From a virus (lineage: Duplodnaviria; Caudoviricetes), in IMG/VR virus record IMGVR_UViG_2791354790_000006, positions 1 to 64,000 of that record: a stretch of 64,000 nt of DNA. One strand, written 5' to 3'. Positions 1 to 8,489 of the stretch are shown here, piece after piece. The notes beneath the pieces were generated by a model. The model did not search any database, was not told where the DNA came from, and was given only the letters and a program-made list of their open reading frames with translations. The first letter of the stretch is position 1. Every line of letters starts with the position of its first letter. Both the position numbers and the translations under genes were made by a program.

Positions 1-192
1 ATGTTCACGCTGGTTCTTTTTGTGTGCTATCTGGATGGCGGTTGTGAAGATATCGTGGTTGATGTCTACAAAACTGAGCAGCAGTGCCTGATATCGATGG
101 ACGATCAACGTATTCGTAACGGCGGATGTTTACCTGCGGACGACTACATCGACAGTTTCTGGCATCCGGCCCGGGAATACAGCGATTTTTGA
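1..192 (+). CDS. yebW: YebW family (DUF1482) small protein
   Basis: MFTLVLFVCYLDGGCEDIVVDVY...Q..C motif; convergent with pphA as in the enterobacterial core order. Confidence 0.85.
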   Translation: MFTLVLFVCYLDGGCEDIVVDVYKTEQQCLISMDDQRIRNGGCLPADDYIDSFWHPAREYSDF

Positions 193-852
193 TTATTGCA
201 GTTGTATCAGCGTTAACTCGCCGCCGAATACAGCACCGGTATCAATATAGTGTAGATTCTCGCGATCCAGCCGATGGCGCAACGGCGTGTGACCAAACCA
301 GAAGTGATCCGCGCCGTGAATCGCACAACCACTGTTCATCAGTCTCGAGCGGTCCCACAGCACGCGCTGTAAATCGATCTCTTTTAGCCACTGATAATCA
401 TCATCCGGGTAATCGGCATGAGCAATAACGTGTATACCGTTCTGACAATGCAGCTCCAGAATCCAGGGTAACTGCCAACACGCTTCAAGAGCAAATTTCG
501 CTGCCGGTTGCTCCGCCTGCTCGAACCACGAGCCTCCATTCATAAACCACATGAATTGATCCCCCGTCGCCAGCGCGTCCAGCGCCATCTGTTCATGGTT
601 CCCCCTGACCGCGACAATCCAGCGTTTACGCAGTAGTTTCAGACAACGCAAACTGTCTGGTCCACGGTCGATAACATCCCCCACTGAAACCAGCAAATCC
701 TGCCAGGGATCAAAACGGTACTGGCGAAGTTTAGCCATCAGCATCGAGATGCATCCGTGGATATCCCCAACCACCCAAACGTGGCGCCACTGCGTACCGT
801 CGATTCGTTGATAGATATTGCCAGGTCGTCCCATGTCGCCTCCAGAGTACAA
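193..852 (-). CDS. pphA: Ser/Thr protein phosphatase (metallophosphoesterase); true start may be ATG at 834
   Basis: GDIHG, GDVIDRG, RGNHE and GHTP motifs; synteny with yebW. Confidence 0.88.
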   Translation of the reverse strand: MYSGGDMGRPGNIYQRIDGTQWRHVWVVGDIHGCISMLMAKLRQYRFDPWQDLLVSVGDVIDRGPDSLRCLKLLRKRWIVAVRGNHEQMALDALATGDQFMWFMNGGSWFEQAEQPAAKFALEACWQLPWILELHCQNGIHVIAHADYPDDDYQWLKEIDLQRVLWDRSRLMNSGCAIHGADHFWFGHTPLRHRLDRENLHYIDTGAVFGGELTLIQLQ

Positions 853-985
853 GGGTACCTGGTTATAATTTTAGCAATGATGGCAAAAAAGCCTGGACGA
901 TCGTGGGCAGGAGTATGGTATGGTTTATGGAGAATGCAGCATGCGATACGCCGTGTTTTGCCCTGGATGGCATCGCATTCGCCAC

Positions 986-1013
986 ATAAAAAGAGACCGA
1001 ATACGATTCCTGT
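986..1013. other. Prophage attachment core = 3' end of sdsR (ryeB)/ryeA sRNA locus
   Basis: ATAAAAAGAGACCGAATACGATTCCTGT matches the remembered ryeA/sdsR sequence next to pphA and then diverges abruptly; IHF-like sites follow (~1044-1056, ~1110-1122). Confidence 0.75.
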
Positions 1014-1184
1014 TTACAATTCAAAACGTAATAACTTATAAAATTCAATAAGTTAAAACCAAAAACCCACCAAAAAACACCTCCTAATACTTACTATTGT
1101 ACCCATTCAAGATCAATCAGTTGCCATTGGTTTCGTGGTGTCGACGGGAAAAATTCGGGAGCCGAACTAATACAGCCAATATGA

Positions 1185-1574
1185 TTACATTACCGGACAA
1201 TCATCAAATTCCGAGTTCCTGGCATCATTAATGATGTAAGTGATCACCCCAAATATAGCGGGTGCAGAACTGTAACTGTCATCATCTGTTGGCAGTGCCT
1301 CCCTTCTCCCGTTATCCAGATTTACCAGGTGGGGCTGCGGATGAGTTCGATATCGCTTAATCCTGAACTCCCCGTCTATTGCACATATCAGCAGCGAGCC
1401 ATCACAGGCTGAAAGTGACGCATCAACAACAAGCAGCGCCCCCTGGATTATCCCTTCCCTGAAATGTGAACGCGATGCCCGCATGAAATAAGTCGCTGCT
1501 GGCTGGCTGATTAGTTGCTGATCGAGGGAGATTCGTGTTTCAACATAATCTGCCGCAGGTGAAGGAAATCCCAT
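1185..1574 (-). CDS. UmuD'-like (HumD-type) S24-family protein, 129 aa
   Basis: Starts MGFPSPAADY after an AGAGAGG RBS; GEFRIKR lysine motif; no umuC beside it. Confidence 0.85.
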   Translation of the reverse strand: MGFPSPAADYVETRISLDQQLISQPAATYFMRASRSHFREGIIQGALLVVDASLSACDGSLLICAIDGEFRIKRYRTHPQPHLVNLDNGRREALPTDDDSYSSAPAIFGVITYIINDARNSEFDDCPVM

Positions 1575-1593
1575 GTTTACGCCCTCTCTTGAA

Positions 1594-1637
1594 TACCGGA
1601 TAAAAACACAGTATAAATACTGTATATCCATCCAGTA
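1594..1637. promoter_or_regulatory. Tandem LexA (SOS) boxes between divergent umuD-like and dinI-like genes
   Basis: TACTGTATATCCATCCAGTA (1618-1637, CTG-N10-CAG) and degenerate TACCGGATAAAAACACAGTA (1594-1613). Confidence 0.85.
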
Positions 1638-1652
1638 AAGGAGCAATGAGAA

Positions 1653-1895
1653 ATGTTCGTGGAACTCGTTTATGACAAAAGGAATTTTGATGGTCTTCCC
1701 GGTGCAAAAGATATCATTCTGGGCGAGTTAACTAAGAGGGTTCACCGGATCTTCCCCGATGCTGATGTTCGGGTAAAACCGATGATGACACTACCGGCAA
1801 TCAACACTGACGCCAGCAAGCATGAGAAGGAACAGATAAGCCGTACTGTTCAGGAAATGTTTGAAGAGGCTGAATTCTGGTTAGTGAGCGAGTAA
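1653..1895 (+). CDS. dinI: DinI/MsgA-family protein
   Basis: MFVELVYDKRN...ELTKRVHRIFPD...QEMFEEAEFW pattern; LexA box and AGGAG RBS upstream. Confidence 0.85.
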   Translation: MFVELVYDKRNFDGLPGAKDIILGELTKRVHRIFPDADVRVKPMMTLPAINTDASKHEKEQISRTVQEMFEEAEFWLVSE

Positions 1896-1906
1896 AGTTT
1901 TTCAAT

Positions 1907-1948
1907 ATCCGCCACAGTTACATTTTGATTACGCTGTGGCGGATTTTC
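1907..1948. terminator. Intrinsic terminator between convergent dinI and tfa
   Basis: 11-bp stem ATCCGCCACAG/CTGTGGCGGAT followed by T tract. Confidence 0.65.
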
Positions 1949-1964
1949 ATTTTCGTAAACGTTC

Positions 1965-2381
1965 CTATTCCGGCTTCTCTGGCCATTCCGGTTTTGCCGG
2001 ATCAATCTTCGTCAGTTCGTAACGATATTTTTGCCATGCCGTCAGCCGGGGCCTGTCCGTGTCATCGATATAATCGCCAGCGAGCGCGTCTGCGAGTGGG
2101 ATAATGACCGAATCAGCCTCCGCACGTAAAACGTTAATTTTCGCCTGCGCTATGACCCGCATCTCTGCGGCTGTCGGCGGTGGCATATCAACCCAGCCCG
2201 GCATTCCGTCTGCTCCGGCTGCGCGGGTTTTCCCGACAGGCGGTAGCGCGGTAAACTCATTAAATACCGCATCATCAACTTCAATAGCATCTGATAAGTC
2301 CCAGCCTGCATCGTCATATAATGAACGTATAGATATCTCGAAAAACGCGTTATTTTTTGCTGAATAAATATAATTTTTCAT
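1965..2381 (-). CDS. Tail fibre assembly chaperone (Tfa)
   Basis: AWQKYRYELTKID...EWPEKPE C-terminus; follows fibre gene. Confidence 0.85.
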   Translation of the reverse strand: MKNYIYSAKNNAFFEISIRSLYDDAGWDLSDAIEVDDAVFNEFTALPPVGKTRAAGADGMPGWVDMPPPTAAEMRVIAQAKINVLRAEADSVIIPLADALAGDYIDDTDRPRLTAWQKYRYELTKIDPAKPEWPEKPE

Positions 2382-3454
2382 CAGTACCCCAGGCCGAAAT
2401 AAACGCCAGATGTATAGTTCGCTGACCCTGCAAAACGGGCAACAAATCGGTCCCGTTGGAGGGTTGAGTTATTAACGGCAATGTACATTGCATTGCCTGT
2501 TCCCGGCTCGTAATCCGCTGTAGCGAACACGCGCAGACATTTGTTGGGAAACGGGGTTTGAAACAGCGTTGTAATATCCTGAGAAGTGGTAGGAGCTGCG
2601 ATCGCCCCCCACTTCAGAATGAACATGCCAGTTCCGGTATTGAAATCCGGAAGCGCCTTTTCACCAGTCCCTGCAATCGTTGACGAAAACAAATCCATCC
2701 CGGGGAGCTGCCCCAACTGGCTCCCGACATCACGCATAGCCGCCGACTTCAGGGACAAATACGCCCGCAGGCCAGCGTCATTTTTTCCTGACAGCCCGGT
2801 GAGTGTGGCATCAAGTGGTTGTTTACCTGCTAATTTATTAAGAACCGTGGTAGAAAAATTCGGGTCATTCCCCAACGCCTCAGCAAGCTCATTAAGGGTA
2901 TCCAGTGCGGCTGGTGATGAGTCTACCAGGGATGATATTGCCGCTGAAATTACGGAAGGTACGCCAAGGTATTGCAGAATTTCAGTGTCACTGTGGTTAG
3001 CAAAATATGTCAACTGCGTTGACAGTGGTTGCTTTGCTGCAAGAGCTGTATCTAATCCAAGGTTTGCGAGACCGTTTTTTGACGTTAATACAGGAGTCCA
3101 TTTTGCTGATGGCGGCGGGCTACCAACATTGGCATCTTGTAAGGATTGATAAGATTCACCGTTATGTGTACAGATCGAACCGATATGGTATTCCTGCTGT
3201 GCATGCCACTCTGGAACCCCCATTTGGTGCTGATACGCAATGAACTGACTCATTGCATACATTGCCGCATTGAAGTCCTCAAGCGAGGGGTGTTCGGAAG
3301 CGCCAACAATGCCCCATCCGCGAAGGAATGATGCCGTAATTTGCGAGGTCAGGTCGTCTGCCTGATTTGTTCCCCCAAACACAGTTCTTTCCATTCCCTG
3401 TGCATTAGAGGCAAAAGCCCGAACATTTCCCTGATATCGTGCAATCTTAGACAT
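2381..3454 (-). CDS. Tail fibre protein
   Basis: SPAALDTLNELAEALGNDPNF and KQPLDATLT fibre repeats; C-terminal ILKWG...FQTPFPNKC domain. Confidence 0.88.
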   Translation of the reverse strand: MSKIARYQGNVRAFASNAQGMERTVFGGTNQADDLTSQITASFLRGWGIVGASEHPSLEDFNAAMYAMSQFIAYQHQMGVPEWHAQQEYHIGSICTHNGESYQSLQDANVGSPPPSAKWTPVLTSKNGLANLGLDTALAAKQPLSTQLTYFANHSDTEILQYLGVPSVISAAISSLVDSSPAALDTLNELAEALGNDPNFSTTVLNKLAGKQPLDATLTGLSGKNDAGLRAYLSLKSAAMRDVGSQLGQLPGMDLFSSTIAGTGEKALPDFNTGTGMFILKWGAIAAPTTSQDITTLFQTPFPNKCLRVFATADYEPGTGNAMYIAVNNSTLQRDRFVARFAGSANYTSGVYFGLGY

Positions 3455-4169
3455 GGATTTTCCTCGAAAAAAAACCGCCCTGGTAGGCGGTATTAAACTT
3501 GCTGGCGAATCCTCTGGCCGAAGGGTTTCGCGAGAAACCGAATGTCAGACCAGGAGTCACCTGATAAAAATAATCGTATCGAACGCCCGCAGGTTTCGGC
3601 AGCAGGCCAAGCTTCACAATCAGGCGTAACTCTTCAACTGATACCCGCGGCGAAACGTTCAGCGCAAGCGTCATGTCTTTTCTGTCGGTCACGTAAGCTT
3701 CGCCGTTGAATGCCGTCTGTATAACATCCTGCAGGCTGACTCGATCGTCTGACGCTATCGTTGCGCCAGCGGCGTTTCGCGCAATTTTGACCCGGAGGAA
3801 CCTGCGATACTCATTGTCAGCCAGTTGATAGTCGCCATATGCCGGCGAAAACTTGCTGTAGAAAGGTGCGCCGACATACGCCGCATTAGATTTACTATCG
3901 AAGCCTGCGGTATCCAGATGTCCGTCAAACCCGAAAAATACACGGGCAATAACAGCAGGCACGCTACGGGGAAGCCCAACTATCCGGCCAATCACATCAA
4001 GCCGGTATCCGGTAACCCGGTCGAGATCAAAGTTGTCTGGGTTACGAATAAAATCGGCGATGATTTGCCAGTGCCTGAGCATGGCCTGTATCTCTGACCT
4101 TGCTTTTTTCTTTTCCCAATACTGCTTGATGAGCATTAGCGTGTAGCGGTTAATGATGTCGTCATTCAC
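3447..4169 (-). CDS. DUF2612-like baseplate wedge protein
   Basis: FDLDRVTGYRLDVIGRIVG and LLPKPAGV motifs; downstream of baseplate J. Confidence 0.8.
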   Translation of the reverse strand: MNDDIINRYTLMLIKQYWEKKKARSEIQAMLRHWQIIADFIRNPDNFDLDRVTGYRLDVIGRIVGLPRSVPAVIARVFFGFDGHLDTAGFDSKSNAAYVGAPFYSKFSPAYGDYQLADNEYRRFLRVKIARNAAGATIASDDRVSLQDVIQTAFNGEAYVTDRKDMTLALNVSPRVSVEELRLIVKLGLLPKPAGVRYDYFYQVTPGLTFGFSRNPSARGFASKFNTAYQGGFFSRKIHV

Positions 4170-5347
4170 TGTACCACCTCGTTAACGTCTATATTTTCCA
4201 CACTCAACGTGAACTTTCCCTGAAAGCCTGGTGATAACTCAGCATCGGTGTACTCTGCCCCATTACTGCTGATTTGCAGATTGGTCAGCACAAAATTCAC
4301 CCGTCCCACCCCATACCCATTCTCATAAAATTCATTGGCATCCACAGACTCACCAATATGCATGGTGCGTGATGCAAGAGATTTTTTGAGAGTATCGATA
4401 TCTATCGGTTCGCTTTGGATCTTCCGGCGGGCATTAAGTCTGATATGAAGCGGCTTATAGATGGGCCGATCAAACTGAAGTTCATGGGCTATCAGAAATG
4501 AGGTGCCGTCTGGCCGAATCAGGGTTTCGGTGTAGCGACCGGTTATACTGCCTTTCGTTCCCGTTCCACCACCTTTCTGTTTAACCATGACCTCTACTAT
4601 TTCTGATATCGCTCCCCCCTCAACGACCAGCCATATTGAATTGGCCGGGATCCCCGTCGTCGGATTATCAATTTTTGTGTCGTTCTCGCCGATATTCAGA
4701 TCAATTACGCCTGTCAGTTGAGCAACTTTAGCGAAAACCGCCCCAGTGCTACCTGTTGCCGGGTTCTCAAGCGACCGGTTCCGGCGTTGCCTGAATTCTT
4801 CAGGCGTTTCCTCATCCCGACCGACCACAACCGCGGAATCAGAGATAATGCTCACAATCCCTGGTTCTGGTGTGAGTTGAGTGAAGGTATCGTTCACAAG
4901 CCCAGTAACTTTCCCAAAGTTTTGAGCAAAAAAGGTAGCTGTTGTGACGCCCGCCGGAACAGTCACGTCCTGTCGGATAGCCCAGACCTGATTTGCCTGG
5001 TCCCGTATCTTGTACCCGCTATAGAGAAGCATCGGCCTGTCTGTTGTGACTTTAAGGTCGCGCTGAGAACGGGATCCAGGACGAAGGAAAAGCCCGTGAA
5101 GTTTGGCGATAATCTGCTGCATATCACCAGTATTAAAATCGGGGTCCATTTGGGAATAAAGCCATTGCAGCGCGGCTTCAATATCTGCCCGAGCCTGAGC
5201 TTCGATTGCCACGCGTTGACCGTCGGGAGACTCCTGGTCTAAATCGATATCCTGACCATAAATTCCCTTATATCCGTCGCTCAGTTCCTGAAATAACTCC
5301 CGGAGAGTATTTGTCTCAAGGCCGTTGTCGCTAAACTGTAGTGCCAT
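4166..5347 (-). CDS. Baseplate J/gp47-like protein
   Basis: GRDEETPEEFRQRR motif, size and position. Confidence 0.85.
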   Translation of the reverse strand: MALQFSDNGLETNTLRELFQELSDGYKGIYGQDIDLDQESPDGQRVAIEAQARADIEAALQWLYSQMDPDFNTGDMQQIIAKLHGLFLRPGSRSQRDLKVTTDRPMLLYSGYKIRDQANQVWAIRQDVTVPAGVTTATFFAQNFGKVTGLVNDTFTQLTPEPGIVSIISDSAVVVGRDEETPEEFRQRRNRSLENPATGSTGAVFAKVAQLTGVIDLNIGENDTKIDNPTTGIPANSIWLVVEGGAISEIVEVMVKQKGGGTGTKGSITGRYTETLIRPDGTSFLIAHELQFDRPIYKPLHIRLNARRKIQSEPIDIDTLKKSLASRTMHIGESVDANEFYENGYGVGRVNFVLTNLQISSNGAEYTDAELSPGFQGKFTLSVENIDVNEVVQ

Positions 5348-5711
5348 TCTTCAACGCTCCGTTGACCGGGAAAGTGATCGTCTGCTGGTCATAGACGGTC
5401 TCAATGCTGAGTTCGATTTTTTGTGACCGGGTGGCCTTATTGACCTCCATCGCAAGGGAGGTGATGCGCATAACTCCATCCGTCGCCAGCGTCACACGCT
5501 CTATCTCCCGCAGAATCTCCTGCTCGGTGTTTTTTTCTGATAACAGGTAAAGCCAGTCGATGTTGTCATCCATGTTGAGAGGGTTATCGTTTTTGAACGA
5601 GCGGATACGACATTTGGCTTTCTGCGCGATAGCTGCACCGCCGGAAATATAGTTTGCCTTCCCGCGCCCAAATCCCCAGTCGTCATTTTTATCCAGTGCT
5701 GAAACAATCAT
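5331..5711 (-). CDS. Baseplate wedge (gp25/W-like) protein
   Basis: DWGFGRG...IAQKAKCRI...GVMRI pattern; between spike and J. Confidence 0.7.
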   Translation of the reverse strand: MIVSALDKNDDWGFGRGKANYISGGAAIAQKAKCRIRSFKNDNPLNMDDNIDWLYLLSEKNTEQEILREIERVTLATDGVMRITSLAMEVNKATRSQKIELSIETVYDQQTITFPVNGALKNGTTV

Positions 5712-6325
5712 GAGATCTCCGTGACAATACCGTTGGTAACTGTGATTGTTTTCCCGTCATCGCTTCGAAATGAACCAGACACCCCAGACTTACCGCCTGT
5801 CTTTACCTGTGAATACTGGAGCACATTTAGAACATCGCATTCTTCCAGAGTCGTCTTGCCCCCTTTCTGGGTAATATTCCCTGTGAGATTTAAATCACCC
5901 TCATGGTCAGTATCCCCCTTCATCATCCTGTTCTTATTAGGGATATTGATCGCGGTAGCCTGTGGGTTAACCCCACACAGAGCGAAGCCATCTGAATAAT
6001 CGTGCATACGCATTTCAAGTGGTGAAACAAAGTCGCTACCCGCATACCAGGCGTCATAACAACGCTCAGAGATAAGGACGAGGCAATAGTCACCAGCCGC
6101 AATTGGTTCGGCGATATAACTATCACCGCCTTGCAAAATTACCGGGGGGACTTCAATGAACTCTGGGAGTTGCTTGCTGCTCCCTTTCACAACCCGATTG
6201 ATAACGGGAATGCAACTGATTGTTTTGTCATTTACAGACGTTATTTTTGCGACAACAATGGTGTGAACATCGGCCAGAGCAAATTCAACACCCAGGCCGA
6301 TAGTGTCGTGAAGTTCTTCAACCAT
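5708..6325 (-). CDS. Baseplate puncturing spike protein (Gp138/gpV-like)
   Basis: PIAAGDYCLVLISERC...RMHDYSDG motif; beta-rich C-terminus. Confidence 0.8.
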   Translation of the reverse strand: MVEELHDTIGLGVEFALADVHTIVVAKITSVNDKTISCIPVINRVVKGSSKQLPEFIEVPPVILQGGDSYIAEPIAAGDYCLVLISERCYDAWYAGSDFVSPLEMRMHDYSDGFALCGVNPQATAINIPNKNRMMKGDTDHEGDLNLTGNITQKGGKTTLEECDVLNVLQYSQVKTGGKSGVSGSFRSDDGKTITVTNGIVTEIS

Positions 6326-6338
6326 AAATTTCGCCCAT

Positions 6339-6364
6339 AAAAAAACCCGCGATTACGCGGGTTT
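6339..6364 (-). terminator. Intrinsic terminator after lipoprotein moron
   Basis: AAACCCGCG-ATTA-CGCGGGTTT stem with minus-strand U tract. Confidence 0.75.
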
Positions 6365-6439
6365 GAGAAACTAGTTATCTATGACGCCAAGTAGATATCC
6401 ATGAATGAAAAAAAAGCCAACCTGAGTGGGCTTCGTCTA

Positions 6440-7120
6440 TTATTGCTTCATGCCATCCATAAACCATGCAGATCGATTTTTAATGTCGGAAAAAAGCATT
6501 GATGTTGTGACATTAGATAGTGTCAAAGGAACCACTTTCCCCGCGCCAATTTCTATATCGTTTTCCACAATCACAGGGTCTTTCCCTATATATACCCCAA
6601 CAAAATTCGCTGTAATTGTTTTATCGGTGTCATTCGTCAAATTAAGAGATAAAGATACATCTGAAGGAGAGAAACCTCCCGCAATGCTTGGTTTCTTTCT
6701 CGCCTGATCAAGACTTTGCTTTAGCTTTTGACCGAATGCGACATAAGCAAAATTTTTCTCAGTGTCACGCAACACCCTAATTTGACTTGTAGAGTCTGCC
6801 ACCTTGTTGGCTGGGCCATATGCAATAGGGACTGAAAATGATGCAAAACTATTAAATTTTTTCTGAAAACATTCTTTAAACTCACTTTCAGGAATTATTT
6901 TTGCTATTTCATTCTTAGCATCAACTAATCCTTTCGATGGTTGGCGGGAATCCTCGTAACTATTGCAAGCGGGGACTTCAACATATAAATCTGCAGAACC
7001 TGTTTTTAGTTCGCTGCCCAACAATCCTGACAGGGGTATCGATGCCCCCATGTCAATTTTGCAGCCATTCAGTGCCAGCGCCGAGACCACTACCGCCCCC
7101 AATATCACTACCTTTCTCAT
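6440..7120 (-). CDS. Uncharacterised lipoprotein (moron)
   Basis: MRKVVILGAVVVSALALNG-C lipobox; GGAG RBS before ATG 7120; AT-rich relative to flanks. Confidence 0.75.
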   Translation of the reverse strand: MRKVVILGAVVVSALALNGCKIDMGASIPLSGLLGSELKTGSADLYVEVPACNSYEDSRQPSKGLVDAKNEIAKIIPESEFKECFQKKFNSFASFSVPIAYGPANKVADSTSQIRVLRDTEKNFAYVAFGQKLKQSLDQARKKPSIAGGFSPSDVSLSLNLTNDTDKTITANFVGVYIGKDPVIVENDIEIGAGKVVPLTLSNVTTSMLFSDIKNRSAWFMDGMKQ

Positions 7121-7200
7121 ATCACCACTCCTTTGCAAAGGGACTATGATGTTAGCACTGCCTAAATAAATAATTCCAATTGTTTGGGTAATGAATTCCT

Positions 7201-8154
7201 TTATCTAACAACGCGATAATTCCCCGCAGGCTGGCACACGATCTTCTGATACCATGCGGCCCCGTTGTTCTGCCCACTGGTTTCAATCTGGTATATCTTA
7301 TAAACCCCGTTTAGCGCGGGGTTCGTTACACTTTCAACAGCGCAAAGCCCACCGATCACCAGCGTAGGATTCAGTTTCGTGTCGAATACTATTTGCCCTT
7401 TCGATTGAGGGGGTAGCGTGCTTGAGTCAACCTTATCTTTGCTACCGCCCCCTGGATCGGTTTCCGGGTCGTTAGTGGGCTTTTGCCCCTTCTGACCGCC
7501 GGCATCTTGTGCGCTAATCTTCGTTGCCTGAGGCGTATTTAGCAGACCGCTACGCGCATTCACGACTGGAATGTTACCCGATGTAACCTCATTAGCCTTT
7601 AGGATGTGGACACGCTCATCTTTGATGAAAAATGACTCGTCAGGCGCAAGGGTATCGGTAAGAATTTTACTGGAGCTACCTACCAGAACCTTCGGCCTGA
7701 TAAGCGCCTGTTGCTTCGTCACAGAGCCTTTTTTCGTGTTTGGCATGTCCTGCAAAACGGAATCGACGACTTGATCCTTACCGCGCACCGTGCGCGATGT
7801 GAAGGAATTGATATAGTCGTGACCGCCGTCTTCGCATTCAAGGCTGACGATGTGGATCGCACCTTCACGTTTTACCGCCCCGCTTTTAACCGAACCCTGA
7901 AATACCTGGCGCAGCTTGCCGTCGTAACCAACCTCGAGTCGAACGGGGATATACTTCTCTTCATCTTCGGACTTGAGCAATTGCAGGCGTGTGGAGGGCT
8001 TTAAACCGTTGATGGACACACTCAACTTGCCGAGTGACTTCTTGTCCACGGTTTCCAGCGCCTTGAATGACATGGTGATCGGTGGCTCGATAATCACTGC
8101 TTGATTGCCGATCCCCACCGTCAGCCGATAATCACGGTAAAAAGTATCCATCAC
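7201..8154 (-). CDS. Baseplate hub protein
   Basis: VRLEVGYDG...VFQG and SGLLNTP motifs; position. Confidence 0.75.
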   Translation of the reverse strand: MMDTFYRDYRLTVGIGNQAVIIEPPITMSFKALETVDKKSLGKLSVSINGLKPSTRLQLLKSEDEEKYIPVRLEVGYDGKLRQVFQGSVKSGAVKREGAIHIVSLECEDGGHDYINSFTSRTVRGKDQVVDSVLQDMPNTKKGSVTKQQALIRPKVLVGSSSKILTDTLAPDESFFIKDERVHILKANEVTSGNIPVVNARSGLLNTPQATKISAQDAGGQKGQKPTNDPETDPGGGSKDKVDSSTLPPQSKGQIVFDTKLNPTLVIGGLCAVESVTNPALNGVYKIYQIETSGQNNGAAWYQKIVCQPAGNYRVVR

Positions 8155-8486
8155 GGCACGTCTCCCCCGCGAATATCAATCATCTCTTCCGGCGTGACCA
8201 GATACATTTCGATGCGACCACTGGCGAAGTCATCAGCCCGATACGGGTCAATGCCGGAGCTGTCGGTACAAAGTAACGCGATATCGAAAGGCCAGTTCTT
8301 ATGACGAAAATGAAGCGTTCCCAGCGACAACTTTACGCCATCGATGTAGTCATCGTTGTATTCCACGCGCATTTTCCACATTTCAACCGTGGGCAGGTGT
8401 CGAAGAGTAACCACAGCCTCGCCGCGGTCAAACAGGAGTACGTGGCGCTGGGTGGGCTCATCGGTTATGTTCGTTATCAGATCCAA
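8151..8486 (-). CDS. Baseplate plug-like structural protein
   Basis: Size and position between Dit-like and hub genes; overlapping stop/start. Confidence 0.6.
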   Translation of the reverse strand: MDLITNITDEPTQRHVLLFDRGEAVVTLRHLPTVEMWKMRVEYNDDYIDGVKLSLGTLHFRHKNWPFDIALLCTDSSGIDPYRADDFASGRIEMYLVTPEEMIDIRGGDVP

Positions 8487-8489
8487 AAG

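Noticed and set aside
863-1048. Small ORFs 757..1041 and 863..1048
   Set aside because: Cross the att junction and pphA promoter region; no RBS or recognisable product
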